In this document: positions 51,633 through 63,176 of the stretch, piece by piece
Layout of the letters: each line of letters starts with the position of its first letter
How positions within the stretch are numbered: the stretch's first letter is position 1
Origin: Balanoglossus misakiensis
Taxonomy: Eukaryota; Animalia; Hemichordata
Assembly (NCBI GenBank): GCA_040954595.2
Contig: CM082578.2
Location: 1,346,831 to 1,410,830, forward strand
Reading direction: 5' to 3'
DNA length: 64,000 nucleotides
Program-made: the position numbers and the translations under genes
The notes under the pieces: generated by a model
The model's database searches: none
Seen by the model: only the letters and a program-made list of their open reading frames with translations
What the model was told of the DNA's origin: nothing

Positions 51633-52575
51633 TAATGTTTGTTTGCTTGTTTGTTTATTTGTGTGTTTGTTTGTTTGTGTATTCTATGACGCTTCTGTCA
51701 CATTTGGCGTTTACTGTTGCATGAACAATGACCAAACCGACTCGACTGTATTTGGACGCACAATGGGTTTAAGAGTTAATCCATCGGTGTTTACCAGCCT
51801 AAACCATTCGATTTCTATAACTCTGTTGCAACAAGTGAGAACCATAGTCTATGTGAGAACCTAGTAATATATACATGTAAATCAGAAGGCCAGTAACTGC
51901 ATGTTTACCAGACTGGCGTGCAGTGACACCTACCACAAAATGGTATCGCCCAAATAATGTTGGGTAGAAGTTATGAGCCCGGTAAAAATAGCGCGAGCTA
52001 TACATGGAAAAAAGTTGTTTTCCAAAAATAGAACAAAATGGGAATTCAATTCAGTGAATATGATTGGCACTTACGGAGTTTTAAATCAAAATAGTGGATT
52101 CATACCAATGAATACAAGTCAAGAAGTCACGTAGGGATCATGAAACAGACCTATTGATCATGTCATGATTATGTACAAGTAGCCATACAAAATTTTGAGT
52201 GAACTAGAGAGAAGTATACTAGTTATCGCTTGAATTTCATGTTTCGTTTTATTCAGATGTAGTCAACATTCATTTCAACAAGTCTATAACATGATTTTGA
52301 AATGATTTTCAAAAGTACACAATTCCATATGAAAATGTTACTTTTAGATTTGTAAATTTTTCTGTGTGTTTGAGTTCAAGTGCATAGGCTGACTCAAACA
52401 TTCTTTGCATCAACATTTACCGTCCTTTCAAAAATCTGTAGTCCAGGTTTTACATTTGCACTTAATAGCATTATAACACCATCATGTCATCCACATGTTA
52501 CCCTCATAGCCAGTCACAGTGTGTATATTGTGATTCATGAAGTACATGCTGTTCTACAGATTTTTTTGTGGAGAT

Positions 52576-52576
<1 letters not shown>

Positions 52577-52613
<37 letters not shown>
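52577..52613. repeat. (AC)n microsatellite
   Basis: Direct reading. Confidence 0.95.
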
Positions 52614-52616
<3 letters not shown>

Positions 52617-52648
52617 CAACCGATAGACAAACAGACTGCTTGATAATA

Positions 52649-53629
52649 CAGTGAAACCTGTCTATTAAGGAAACCTCTAGCTCTGGGACTGGAAAATGTG
52701 TCCTTAATAGGGAGGTATCCTTAATCGACAGGTTGTATTCTATTCAAACTGTGACTTTTGTCATGAAAAAAATGTCCTTAAGATGGGTCCCTAGGATCTT
52801 TTTGCTCGTTGCTATGGGCCTTTATAGGACACTACACTCAATTTTGATCGAAACCGTTATGAACGTCTGACAAGGGGCTTGTAACTAGTTAAAAATATAC
52901 ACGATTGTGTGCACACCCCCTGTCTGAGTATGTTTACGGCAGCTACCGCCCGGCCATAGGCCGCCACGCTAATACGGCAAAGCAGCGGTCAGCGATAGCG
53001 TGCGCGTCCTGTAACCACAGTAACTGGATCGAACGCTAAAAATCCAATGTTTTGTACACAGAGATTTTGTACCGTTCACGAAAATCCCTAAGGCTTTTTT
53101 CACAGGCGACGTAGGCCAGTCAAATTTGACCTGCTTGTTGAGAACGCACTTCCGCATAGTGTGACGGATCGTTTTTTCGGTTTTCGTCGTGCTAAGAAGC
53201 GATACCAGTGGAAGAGTGCGTCCAAAAACACCCAAAATCGATGACTTTTTCAGGTGTGGTACGGGTATGCTGAAATCGTAGGATACAACGATAATATTCG
53301 AAAACAAAATCCGTCACGATCTTCCCTGGTTCAAGCAACTAATGAATACGTATCAAGTTCGTTTTTGAGGTCACGGAATAAAAAGCCTTAGGCTTTTGAA
53401 ATTCGACCTAACTAATTTGCATATCAATGGCGTCAGGGGGCGCGCGCTCACAATCGTGCGTATTTTTAACTAGTTACCAGCCCCTTGTTAGACTCTAAAA
53501 ACGGCTTAGTCCAAATCGGGGTGTAATGTCCTATAAAGGCCCATAGCAACGGGCAAAAAGATCCTAGGGACCCATCTTAATAGAGAGGTGTCCTGATTAG
53601 AGAGGTGTCTGTAATGACAGGTTTCACTG
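52649..53629. mobile_element. pogo/Tigger-like MITE (TA TSD) interrupted by a nested element
   Basis: TA|CAGTGAAACCTGTC...GACAGGTTTCACTG|TA with internal gaggtgtcc motifs. Confidence 0.85.
52782..53576. mobile_element. TTAA-specific non-autonomous DNA transposon (Kolobok-like)
   Basis: TTAA|GATGGGTCCCTAGGATCTTTTTGC...GCAAAAAGATCCTAGGGACCCATC|TTAA; inverted arms extend imperfectly over 100 bp. Confidence 0.85.
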
Positions 53630-53805
53630 TATGCTCTGACTGATCGCAAAAGCTGAAACTTTTATGTGTTTGTAGATACAACACAAAGGAACTAAAAATA
53701 AGGCATTCACATAGGGACCATTGAAAGGTTTCTGAAACATCTCAACTCAAATATTGACATAAAATATGTGAACAGTTTAAGTCTTCCTGGAACATTTCAG
53801 CTTTA

Positions 53806-54330
53806 GTGCCTTTCACACGTGCCGTCAACGCAGCCCCAGCGGCGGCCCTAGGGCGGCGTTAATTTGTAAGTGCCACGTGTGAAAAGGTGAGAGCGGCCCT
53901 GCGCCGGTCTTTTTCGGATGGTGTTGAGGGGTGGGACCTGGGTCGGGGCGCCGCACTAAGCAGCGATTCAAATCACGTGTGAACAGAAACACCGCACTAA
54001 ACGCCGATCTAAACGCACTCTGCCGATGCGGTTTGTCTCATTAAGCGCCGCATTAAGCGTTGAGGTTCACTTTACTAAAACAATGGCCGAAGCAGTGTCT
54101 CGAGGCAACAATTGGAGTGACGCGGAAATGGCCAAGGCACATACACAGGAATTGCAAACTCGACCTCCGACGACGATTTTGTAGCATGGACTGCAGTCTT
54201 CCAATCGCAACCTCCAATGAAAGGTTACCATAAACGGGTATCGGGTCATTCAAATGCCCATGAAATCGGCGTCGACGACGTTTAAAAAGCTAATTCAAGA
54301 GTACCATATACAGTAAACACATCACTGGAT
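53806..54330 (+). mobile_element. Harbinger left end with degraded Myb/SANT (trihelix) gene start
   Basis: TTA|GTGCCTTTCACACG terminus with GC-rich subterminal motifs and inverted gtgtgaaa; ATG at 54083 gives MAEAVSRGNNWSDAE, later FKKLIQEY in a broken frame. Confidence 0.55.
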
Positions 54331-55555
54331 CCGCCATAGTGTCTCAAATTTTTCCCTGCCTGAACCTGGTATCTGAAATGTTTCTCATTTTACCCAGTGT
54401 AAACACGGTGAAAGACAAAATGTCCTATATCTGTATAACATAGATCATAAATTTATAATACACTTGGTCTGATTGCAGCTCTGTAATTGGTTGAAGCAAG
54501 GGTTTACATTCTCTACTAGAAGACCTGAACAGTAAATAACTGAAATAAAATACACAGAAGAGAATGCACCTGAATAGTCCTGTTTCATAAGTCAGGTCAA
54601 TGACATATGTACTGACATCTGTGATTGGTCCATCTGGTAATCTTAAGTCCACTTGCAGCACGCTGATTGGAGGGACCTTATGTGTTAGGTCTTATTATTA
54701 TGTATTATTCATTAGACCTTGTAGGTTAGGTCTTATTACTATGTATTATTCACTTTACAGCTCCCTGATTGGTTAATGTGTAGGTCTGGTCCTCCAGCGT
54801 TCACTGCCTCATTATGGAGGACCTTGTAGGTTAGGTCTTATTAATATGTATTTATTCAATTTTTAGCTCCCTGATTGGTTAATGTGTAGGTCTCCAGTTT
54901 TCACTGCCTCGTTATGCAAAGTCTTTTGTACTTTCTGAATACTGTTGTCGTATTCTGTCTGGCATGCTGCCTGCGTGTGGTCGAAGCTCGCGATCGATCC
55001 CAGTGTATAAAGAAAGGCACTCATATAATGATTGGATTTCACCTTGTTTCATAATTCCTTCACTATTCATGGCATTTTATGTGATACTGTGAACTAGATA
55101 CTCGAAAAAAACATTGCCATGAGAAATTTTGTATTTTATTTCCTGTGGGGGTTTAGTGTTTTGTTACGTAATGCCTTTCAGCGCGTCACTTCGTGTAGCA
55201 CCTGGCTGAATACGAAGCTTAGGCTGTGCAATTCATTCGAGCAAACCAAATAAATCTTAGAATAGAAATGTTTAGAATAGCATTGCATTGCTTTGGGACA
55301 CCTCGTTAGTTGCTTTACGGGTATGATTACTTTTTAATTTTACTTCTTTCACGAAGCTGCACATAGTTCCCGATTTTTTTAGGAAAGCAATACGAATGTC
55401 TACGAATTACGGACAACGTGCTCCTTATCACAACATCTTCGTCAAAACTCAATTACTTTAATAACAATAATAATAATAATGAAAAGTAGGTGTATAATAA
55501 AAATTACTGGTAGTATTATACCAAAAATGAACTAAAATACGTTGTAAAAAAATGT

Positions 55556-56672
55556 TCAAAGTCCATCTAAATGCTCGTTCAATCTCTCCAACGTGCGGTG
55601 GATGTTGGCAATCTTATCTGGAAGGTCATTCCTTAAAAAATAATGTATAACTCGTGGGCTTCCCGGACGAGTTGATACAGCCGCACTCTACCCTGTCGTG
55701 GTTGCTGCCTATCGGGAAGGGGTTCTTCCGGCAAGGGGATGTCCCTTGCGTCCGCAGCATCAGCAGGGTCTTCTGCTGGTCCGGGCACAGGCTCTTCCCG
55801 TTGATCAAATGGGTAGTGATATGGATCGGGAACCATCATAGGAACAGGTCCAGGGGCCTGTCTTTCCGGCAATGGTGGCACAACCGGAACAGGCGGCTGA
55901 ATTGGCTGTCCACCAGCCTGAGCCTGGACCACCCCTGGCATGAGTGGTACATGTACAGCAGTGGTACATGTACAGCAGCTGCCAGCAACTGCGGCTGGCC
56001 TCCTTGCTGTCTGGCTCTTCTCTCATCGGGGGAAGCTAGTGCCGCATAGCGCATCTCTTGCTCTCTCATTTGACGAGCACTGTAATGATAAAAAAACGAA
56101 CAATATCAGTTTCTGGATGTGAGAGAACAAAGGTACTACTCAGGCCAAGAAAAATGCGTAGCCAGTAACACTACCAATCTTATTTTAAACACTGTCTGAC
56201 CCTATATGTTAATTTCGCCATTTCACAGAAAATCCCGCGAAATGACGACAGATTAGCGGGAAATTTGAAATCAAACGTAATTGCCACCACTATTCTATCA
56301 AGGGTTTTGGTCTGTATGTATTCCCCAGAAGATACATCAGGCCGGCAACAAAAAACGTTCTGTTTGTACATACTAGCTATATTATTACTGACGTCAAGTT
56401 CTCAAAATAATCTATAAAAAATTGACAACTCACCCAGCTACACGCCTTATCACAATATTGCGAACACGTCGCCGTAGTTGTCGCATGAGACCGTTGGTGT
56501 ACAGCCTCACGGTTTCTTCCGGCAAACCACTTTGTATCATCAAGCGAGGGGGTTGCCTGATAAAACGGACGATGGCGTCATAATCAGTATTATGGACTCG
56601 CATTCCGGCAGAAACTAGTCCGATTTCGGCTTCTGTTACAGGAACGCGTGCTACACGTGGTGTTGCAGCCAT
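55556..56672 (-). pseudogene. Second (accessory) gene of the Pangu-like element, two exons, frameshifted
   Basis: Exon 1 56672-56434 (MAATPRVARVPVTEAEI...RRVA), donor GG|gtgagt, acceptor ttacag|T at 56079 in matching phase. A 17-bp duplication at ~55945-55980 shifts the frame into a Pro-rich region; amphipathic tail LRNDLPDKIANIHRTLERLNEHLDGL* after another shift. Confidence 0.7.
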
Positions 56673-56942
56673 GTTGGTTGTTGAGAAAGACAAAAGTTTT
56701 ACATTGAGAGATGACCACCGTGATCTTTGGACTACGAGCACCTGTTTAACTTTGAATTTACAATATGAATTGACCAATCAAAACTAAACTGTAGAAAACG
56801 CTTCACGTTTGCAGTGATCTTTGTAATGCAAATCCTCAGGAGATCTTCAAACATGGTGATTGTGTTGGCCTTTATGAACGTAACCAGATATAGAAGGTCA
56901 TCAATACTATCATAGGAGCATAATGAAAGACTCGTATTATGT

Positions 56943-56944
<2 letters not shown>

Positions 56945-56982
<38 letters not shown>
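56945..56982. repeat. (CAT)n microsatellite
   Basis: Direct reading. Confidence 0.95.
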
Positions 56983-56983
<1 letters not shown>

Positions 56984-58020
56984 AGATGTGTGATGAAATA
57001 AATGTGTATAGCCGACGCACTTAATTTGGAGACAAAATGAATAGAATGATCTCTTGGGGACAAAATGCTGACTCAGGTTTTTTTCTCGGAGTTACAATGC
57101 ATGGTCTTGTGTCTCACAAATGAGTGCGGTGACCCTCGTATTTTATTTCAGATTTTGATAACGGGGACAAAGAAGAATCCCAAAACCGACTATTTGGAGA
57201 AATGTCAATACTTTCACTTTTACCACTCATACATTTTCTTAACTCGTGACAAATTTTCGCTGGTATAACCATGGTAAAATAAACTTAGGGCTTCAGAGTA
57301 TGAAAATATCAGTGCCATTTTTACTGAAAGCCGATTTCCATTTTTGTCAAAGTGTTTTGTGGAGAACAGAACAACTCTGCAAATTTAGAAAACAAAATTT
57401 AATAGGAAATATTGTGGAGCAAAATTGTTCGGTCATCACGTTTCTTCAGTGGATCTTTAGGGTTGGAACTTTCTGAGGAGATCTCTGTAAAAATTAAGCA
57501 CGGTGGCAAAGTTTTTATTTTATTTATTTTATCAGAATAGTTTTTCAAGGTAAATTTTAAATTACAGTAGTAAGTTCCATTTATTTTACGTACAATCCTA
57601 TTGACAAGTATATGTCGACCATGGGTAGTTCCCACAGAGCAACGAAATTACTCAAATGCAGACTTGTGTATATTATATAGCTGGTTTCAGATACGCCAGT
57701 GTACTTACATGATTAAAGTTTTTTGTCTAGTAGACACGTGACATTCTCATAATAGTTCCTGTGATTTGGTATTTGTTTTAAATTCACACTGCATTAATCA
57801 ACTCCATAGAATTGGGGGACTCAGTTTGAAACCTACGAAGTTATATTTCGGGTAGAAGCAACTATCATTTTTGGCCCTAAAGCACCTGTAATTTATGTCT
57901 AACTAATTTCACGGTTATGATTGGTAGGAAAGGTTGTTGACACCTGTTCTATGGAAAGCTTTCATGTCTAAATACTGACTCATCGGACTACAATCACTCC
58001 AGTTGAAAGTCTACATCAAA

Positions 58021-59136
58021 ATGTCGCTGCAACGCAATCACGTTGTCTTGATGATTTCGCAACTTCTCAGCTTACTTGCTACCTTGCAGTTCATTTCTGT
58101 GGCTATCCATCCTCCCATTTATTGTGAAGAAGAATTGCGTATGCTAACACAATCTGGTGAAACAGAACTATTACTGCTGCTTCTCACACTTCTTTTGTCT
58201 GTTTCGCGTCCACCAATGGAACAACCGCCGGACATTTACAGACTACTCTTCCCGGACAACAACGGTAATAACGACACACATGGTATCGACGTCTGGAGCT
58301 CATTGTCTCAAAGACCACGCTACTTGTGGTTTTTGACAGGAGAGACGGTTCCGTCATTTGAAGCCATTGTTAGAGATCTGGAACCGCGGCTCCGCAATCG
58401 AGGTGACGTAAATGGATCTTCCGGGCGACCATTTTCTCTGGACCCACAAAATCGTTTTTTGTTGATTTTCGTTTGGTTAAGACATTACCCCACTTTGGAT
58501 TTATTGGCAGCTTGGTTTGGAGTAAGCAGAGGGACTGCAAACAGAGAAATTTACCATATTTTGCCTTTACTTTGGCATTACTTTCGCCGCATGGTACGAT
58601 GGCCTACGATGCAACGTTGCCATCAGTTACGAGGTCAGTGGGATTTCTTTCCGGATGCCATCGGTACAATACCGACCCGAATCTGAAGGCCAATACAATA
58701 ACCTCTTTTACAGCGGGTATGCAAGATATCATTGCATGAGCACTCAAGTCTTTGTGGACAACCAGGGGAGCATTATACACATCCAATCTGGATTTCTTGG
58801 TCATGCTAACGATGCAGCACAATTCCAGCTACTGGAGAATTGCCGATTCCACGTGAAACTTACTTGTTGGCTGATCAGGGTTATCCAAACAGATATCCAC
58901 TGCTAACGAGGTACCCATCCCGTCAACTCGTCGGCCCATTTCGCGTGGAGAAGCGAGTTTTTAATCGAGAGTTCAATCAAGCCCGTGTGAATATCGAACA
59001 CAGCATTAAGTATATCAAAACATATCGAGTAACTAGCGAAATATATCGCCATCCTCGTTGGTTTATGCCAGTTATTGTCGAAGTATGTACATTCTTGGCA
59101 CAGAGACACATTAACTTGTATCATAACTTAAGGTAG
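58021..59136 (+). pseudogene. Harbinger/IS5-family (HTH + DDE_Tnp_4) transposase, frameshifted
   Basis: LTGET..F, LDPQNRFLLIFVWLRHYPTLDLLAAWFGVS (HTH); AIGTIPTRI (first Asp motif apparently deleted); YSGYARYHCMSTQVFVD, GHANDA, YLLADQGY, FN..RVNIEHSI, split over ORFs 58003-58686, 58655-58906, 58840-59136. Confidence 0.9.
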
Positions 59137-59960
59137 TATCTGTTCGCCGACGGCAATGAGACATAATTATTTATTGTATTTTTTGACATTAAGGTCTTTT
59201 ATTCTGAACATCTGAGACATTCTGAACATTTCGAGCCAATTGTATGTATTGTGTATAACACACGTAAAGAGATTTTGTTTACCGTTTTTTGATATGCATT
59301 CGGATTTTTTTTGGATTAAATCACATTTTTGACTTGTTATAATAATGGTAATGTGTAATTTTCGTATCTCTGTGGTAAGGAGAATTTAGTGTAAATTTCA
59401 GAGCGTTGGCTAACTTATCAGAACATTATGGGCTGAATATTGTAAAAAAAATTCGGGAAGGTGCAAAATAGGACAAATTTTCCATTTTAGGACGTAATAT
59501 TCAAAATGAAAATCACGGAAATCACTTTTTCAGTATATAAATTGGGATCGTATATGTCGGGTATGACCGGTACAACTGACCCACGAGAATCAAGGAGGGC
59601 TTGCACTAACTGGTCAGTCGACTGCGAACATCTGTTCTCACACGGCCACAATTTTCGAGTAGCCCCATATGTTTCCTTGAAGCTCTATTGTTCCCGCTTG
59701 TCATTCACAGCCCTCGCTGTTGTACATGCGGCCAATGCGCCAGTCAAATGAAAAAAAAAACGTGTAGTTTGTATCCGTAAGCAGCAATAGGAAACACCAA
59801 GCCAACGTGCCTTGTAATGCATTAGGGGACAGAGAGAAGTATTAAGCATGAAAATTCAACGCATGAAGATTTGTCTGGCATGTTTCGTTGTAACTTTATG
59901 TCGAGTCGCGGAAATCACTACAGCTGTATAACGTGGCAGTGAAAACTGGAGACCTACGCA

Positions 59961-60225
59961 TTAACCAATCAGGGAGCTGTAAAGTGAATAATACATAGTA
60001 ATAAGACCTAACCTATAATGAGGTAGTGAACACCGGAGGACCAGACCTACACTTTAACCAATCAGGGAGCTGTAAAGTGAATAATACATAGTAATAAGAC
60101 CTAACCTATAATGAGGTAGTGAACACCGGAGGACCAGACCTACACTTTAACCAATCAGGGAGCTGTAAAGTGAATAATACATAGTAATAAGACCTAACAC
60201 ATAAGGTCCCTCCAATCAGCGTGCC
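59961..60225. repeat. 93-bp subterminal tandem repeats of the Pangu-like element (inverted counterparts at ~54660-54910)
   Basis: ttaaccaatcagggagctgtaaagtgaataatac... at 59961, 60054, 60147. Confidence 0.9.
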
Positions 60226-60861
60226 ACAAGTGGACCTTAGAGAAGCGGATGAACCAATCAGAACATGTAATACATGTGCATAGGACCTGTAATGTAGATC
60301 ATTTTGAAACAGGACTAATAGAACACAGTTTATAAACTTGGATTGGTCATGGGCATCAAGGCGCTCTACTTAAGAAATTCTACAACATGTTTGTACAAGT
60401 GGCATTTTACATGAGCAATGAGGCCTTTCTGGCATGTAATACTTAAAATCAAAACATCAGATTTTTTATCACGCAAAATCATATTATAAATGACATTTTA
60501 AATGGTGTGCACTTATATTTGGTTACGGATTTAAAACCTCTTTGATGAAAATTTTGCCGAGAGGTCTTTTGTCTACAACCAAATACCCACTATGTACATA
60601 TCATTCAGATTGCTCAATACTTATCAACAAGTTCACCAGTGGTTTCCAGAAATCTATGGAGTACCATATGCCATTTTCATTGTGCCTCCCCCCATCTATT
60701 TCAATACAATAAATAATGGCTGGCTTGATTTTTCCCCAGGACTTTTGAAGAATAGTTTTTGTTCAAGATATAGACAACATTCCAGATGTGTATGAAAACT
60801 CAAAGGAAAATAATACATTTGACCTGTCACCAGTTGTGAATAAAGTAAATATTTTCATAAA

Positions 60862-61437
60862 CTACATATTATAATCAAATTTAAACTCGTATGTGATGAA
60901 TAATCGTCTCAACATAAGAGCTGCTAAGGCTAGACTTAACAGCACGATCAACACGAAAGAATTGCTATTTTCTTGCTGATGTATCTGGCGATTATTTTGA
61001 TTTGATTGTGTGTCGTTTCTTCTTCTGGGTTGCTCATACCCTTGCTGGCTGACATTTCTTTGTCTTATGTTTGTCTCTGTGGTAGCATTGTCATTGGCAT
61101 TTCTCTGGGAAGTGTTTTCAGTGTTGGCAGTTGCAGGTTCTGGTGCTAGGGGAGTGTTGACATATGCATGGGGTGTTGCATCGGCTGGCGGTTGAACGGT
61201 GTTGTCGTTGTTTGATGCCGCCTCTCTGTGTTGCGGCGGCTGTCCAGCTCCTGCAAACGCAGCATACTGAGACACGAATGGGTTCGGGTATGACATCTGC
61301 TGGAAGTGTTGCTGGTATGCTGCGGCTGGATAGGGTGGGAGTTGTTGGTTCGCAGCAGCTACAGGCTGGGGTGTGTCTGTACTTGTGCTTGTTGTGGCAG
61401 TATCATCAGAGGTTGCTGTGCTTTTCTTTGTCTCTTC
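60862..61437 (-). CDS. UBE2J1: Last coding exon of ubiquitin-conjugating enzyme E2 J1 (tail-anchored ER E2)
   Basis: C-terminus SFVLIVLLSLALAALMLRRLFITYEFKFDYNM* closely resembles the vertebrate UBE2J1 tail as I recall it (AVLIVILTLALAALIFRRIYLANEYIFDFEL). Acceptor ttttatcctccacag|GAA at 61437 is in frame with ORF 60862-61296. UBC-domain exons lie beyond the window. Confidence 0.8.
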   Translation of the reverse strand, partial: EETKKSTATSDDTATTSTSTDTPQPVAAANQQLPPYPAAAYQQHFQQMSYPNPFVSQYAAFAGAGQPPQHREAASNNDNTVQPPADATPHAYVNTPLAPEPATANTENTSQRNANDNATTETNIRQRNVSQQGYEQPRRRNDTQSNQNNRQIHQQENSNSFVLIVLLSLALAALMLRRLFITYEFKFDYNM

Positions 61438-62217
61438 CTGTGGAGGATAAAAAGAACGCAGTGTTTTTGCAAAGGTCGGGGAACATTGGTAATGGATTTG
61501 GGAACCCCGTTAATATTCCTATAACCCCTAAAGGCCGAGTTACACGAGGCAACTCGGCAGGCAACTCGGTGGGCAACTCGACGCGCAACGCCAGTCGCGT
61601 CGCTACTGCGAACGGTTACACTGGGCGACTCAACTGGCAACTCGCAGCGCGTGAACAGGACTGCGCATGTGCAGAAGCCCTATCATCGTATGTAAACAAT
61701 AGGAAAGGTAAGTTTCGCCCTGTCGCTCAATATTTTTTTGATTCCTTCTTATCTATTGTTGATTTTAGGATCTGTGTGCAGGGATTATTTGCAAAATACC
61801 GTTGCAAGCTCAATCATTGCTTTAATATGTACTTTGCAGTTCACGTACTGTCGAAATTCAACACTCTACAGTACGTACGCATGTGTATATGGCCGGCAAT
61901 GCATACACTCTGTGCAATGTGCTTACACTTAGTTTTTTTATGCTACTTTACGTGTGATTGTACCGTACCTACCGCTTGTAGCAATGACACCAGAGAACGC
62001 TCAAGCTGAGAAGGGATGACGCCACAATGTTTATAATGTTATCCGTATTTTTTGAGAATTAAATAATTATATAAAGCTTATGCACTACAATTGTTGTCAA
62101 AGCATTAAATGACCAAATGTTATAGATACAAGTACATGGTTGTTTTGTTTGTTTTTTAATTTTAAGATCATGTCATATAATAACGTTGTGTGTTTATTTT
62201 TACGACACTTCACGAAG

Positions 62218-62756
62218 ATGAATGACATACAGGAAGATTTTCTGGTAATTCTGGCAACTGCAACTGCCTACTTATTCCAAGAGAGAAATAAGAAAAAGAA
62301 AAGGAAAAGGTGAATAATTTATAATTATGAGTAAAATGAATGTGATATTTTACTTAATAGCTTTGTAAATCCAGTTTTTGTATGCATGTGTCTCAACATA
62401 TAACTTCCTGAATTACCAAGATTTTTTAAATTTTATTTATGGAACTGTTGACATGTACAATTCACATATTTACAGAAAACTTTGGTGTAGGCCTTGGCTG
62501 TTACGGAGACCACAACTGGGATGGTATCACACTCTCATTCAAGAGTTAAGATTAGAGGACCCAAGATGCTACAAGAATTTTTTGAGGGTCAATTACACAG
62601 GGTTTTCAGATTTGCTAACCCTAATAGAAGACAGAATCCATGAGGTCATCAATATCTCCAGGGGAACGGTTGGCTGTAACCCTCCGGTTTTTGGCAACAG
62701 GTATACAAATGTGCTACAGCTTTTATCATTACACATGTGAGTGTGTGTGTGTGAGC

Positions 62757-62808
<52 letters not shown>

Positions 62809-63176
62809 GTAATGAAAATGGAGAAAGTATCCTATATTTTCTGTAAAATAGACATTTACTATAATTGGCATGCCATCCTGCATCAATTATAAGTCTGTAT
62901 ATGCACTGAAGCACTCACAGGGTGCATTGCATGGTGTTCAACCATGTTAAAAATCAGTGTACTTTCTTCAATTTTCAAGACAGATATATATATATATATA
63001 TATGATCTGTAGATGTTTGTATACAAATGCATTTAATTGTTTTGTATTGTTTCTCCATAGGACAATCATACCAATGTCTACAGTATGGATTTCGGATGTC
63101 TGTTTCAACAATTCAGAAAATAATCCCAGAAACATGTGAAGCAATCTTCGAGGCTCTTAAAGACAGCTATCTCAAG
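62218..63176 (+). pseudogene. HARBI1/ALP1-like Harbinger transposase N-terminal exons (62218-62309, 62476-62700, 63061-63176)
   Basis: KLWCRPWLLRR..GWYHTLIQELRLEDP..YKNFLR, MRSSISPGERLAVTLRFLATG|QSYQCLQYGFRMSVSTIQKIIPETCEAI; GT-AG junctions in phase; frameshifting deletion near 62640. Confidence 0.85.
62760..62806. repeat. (TA)n microsatellite preceded by (GT)n
   Basis: Direct reading. Confidence 0.95.

Larger units (their letters stand above)
54576..60316. mobile_element. Full-length PHIS-superfamily DNA transposon (Pangu-like), 5741 bp, two divergent genes
   Basis: AAT|AGTCCTGTTTCA...TGAAACAGGACT|AAT; long imperfect subterminal inverted repeats with ~93-bp tandem units; internal DDE_Tnp_4-type transposase. 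Confidence 0.85.

Noticed and set aside
56872-57063. Poly-Asp ORF
   Set aside because: Artefact of the (CAT)n microsatellite.
61164-62009. 281-aa plus-strand ORF
   Set aside because: It is antisense to the UBE2J1 exon and runs through Harbinger subterminal repeats; no recognisable domain.
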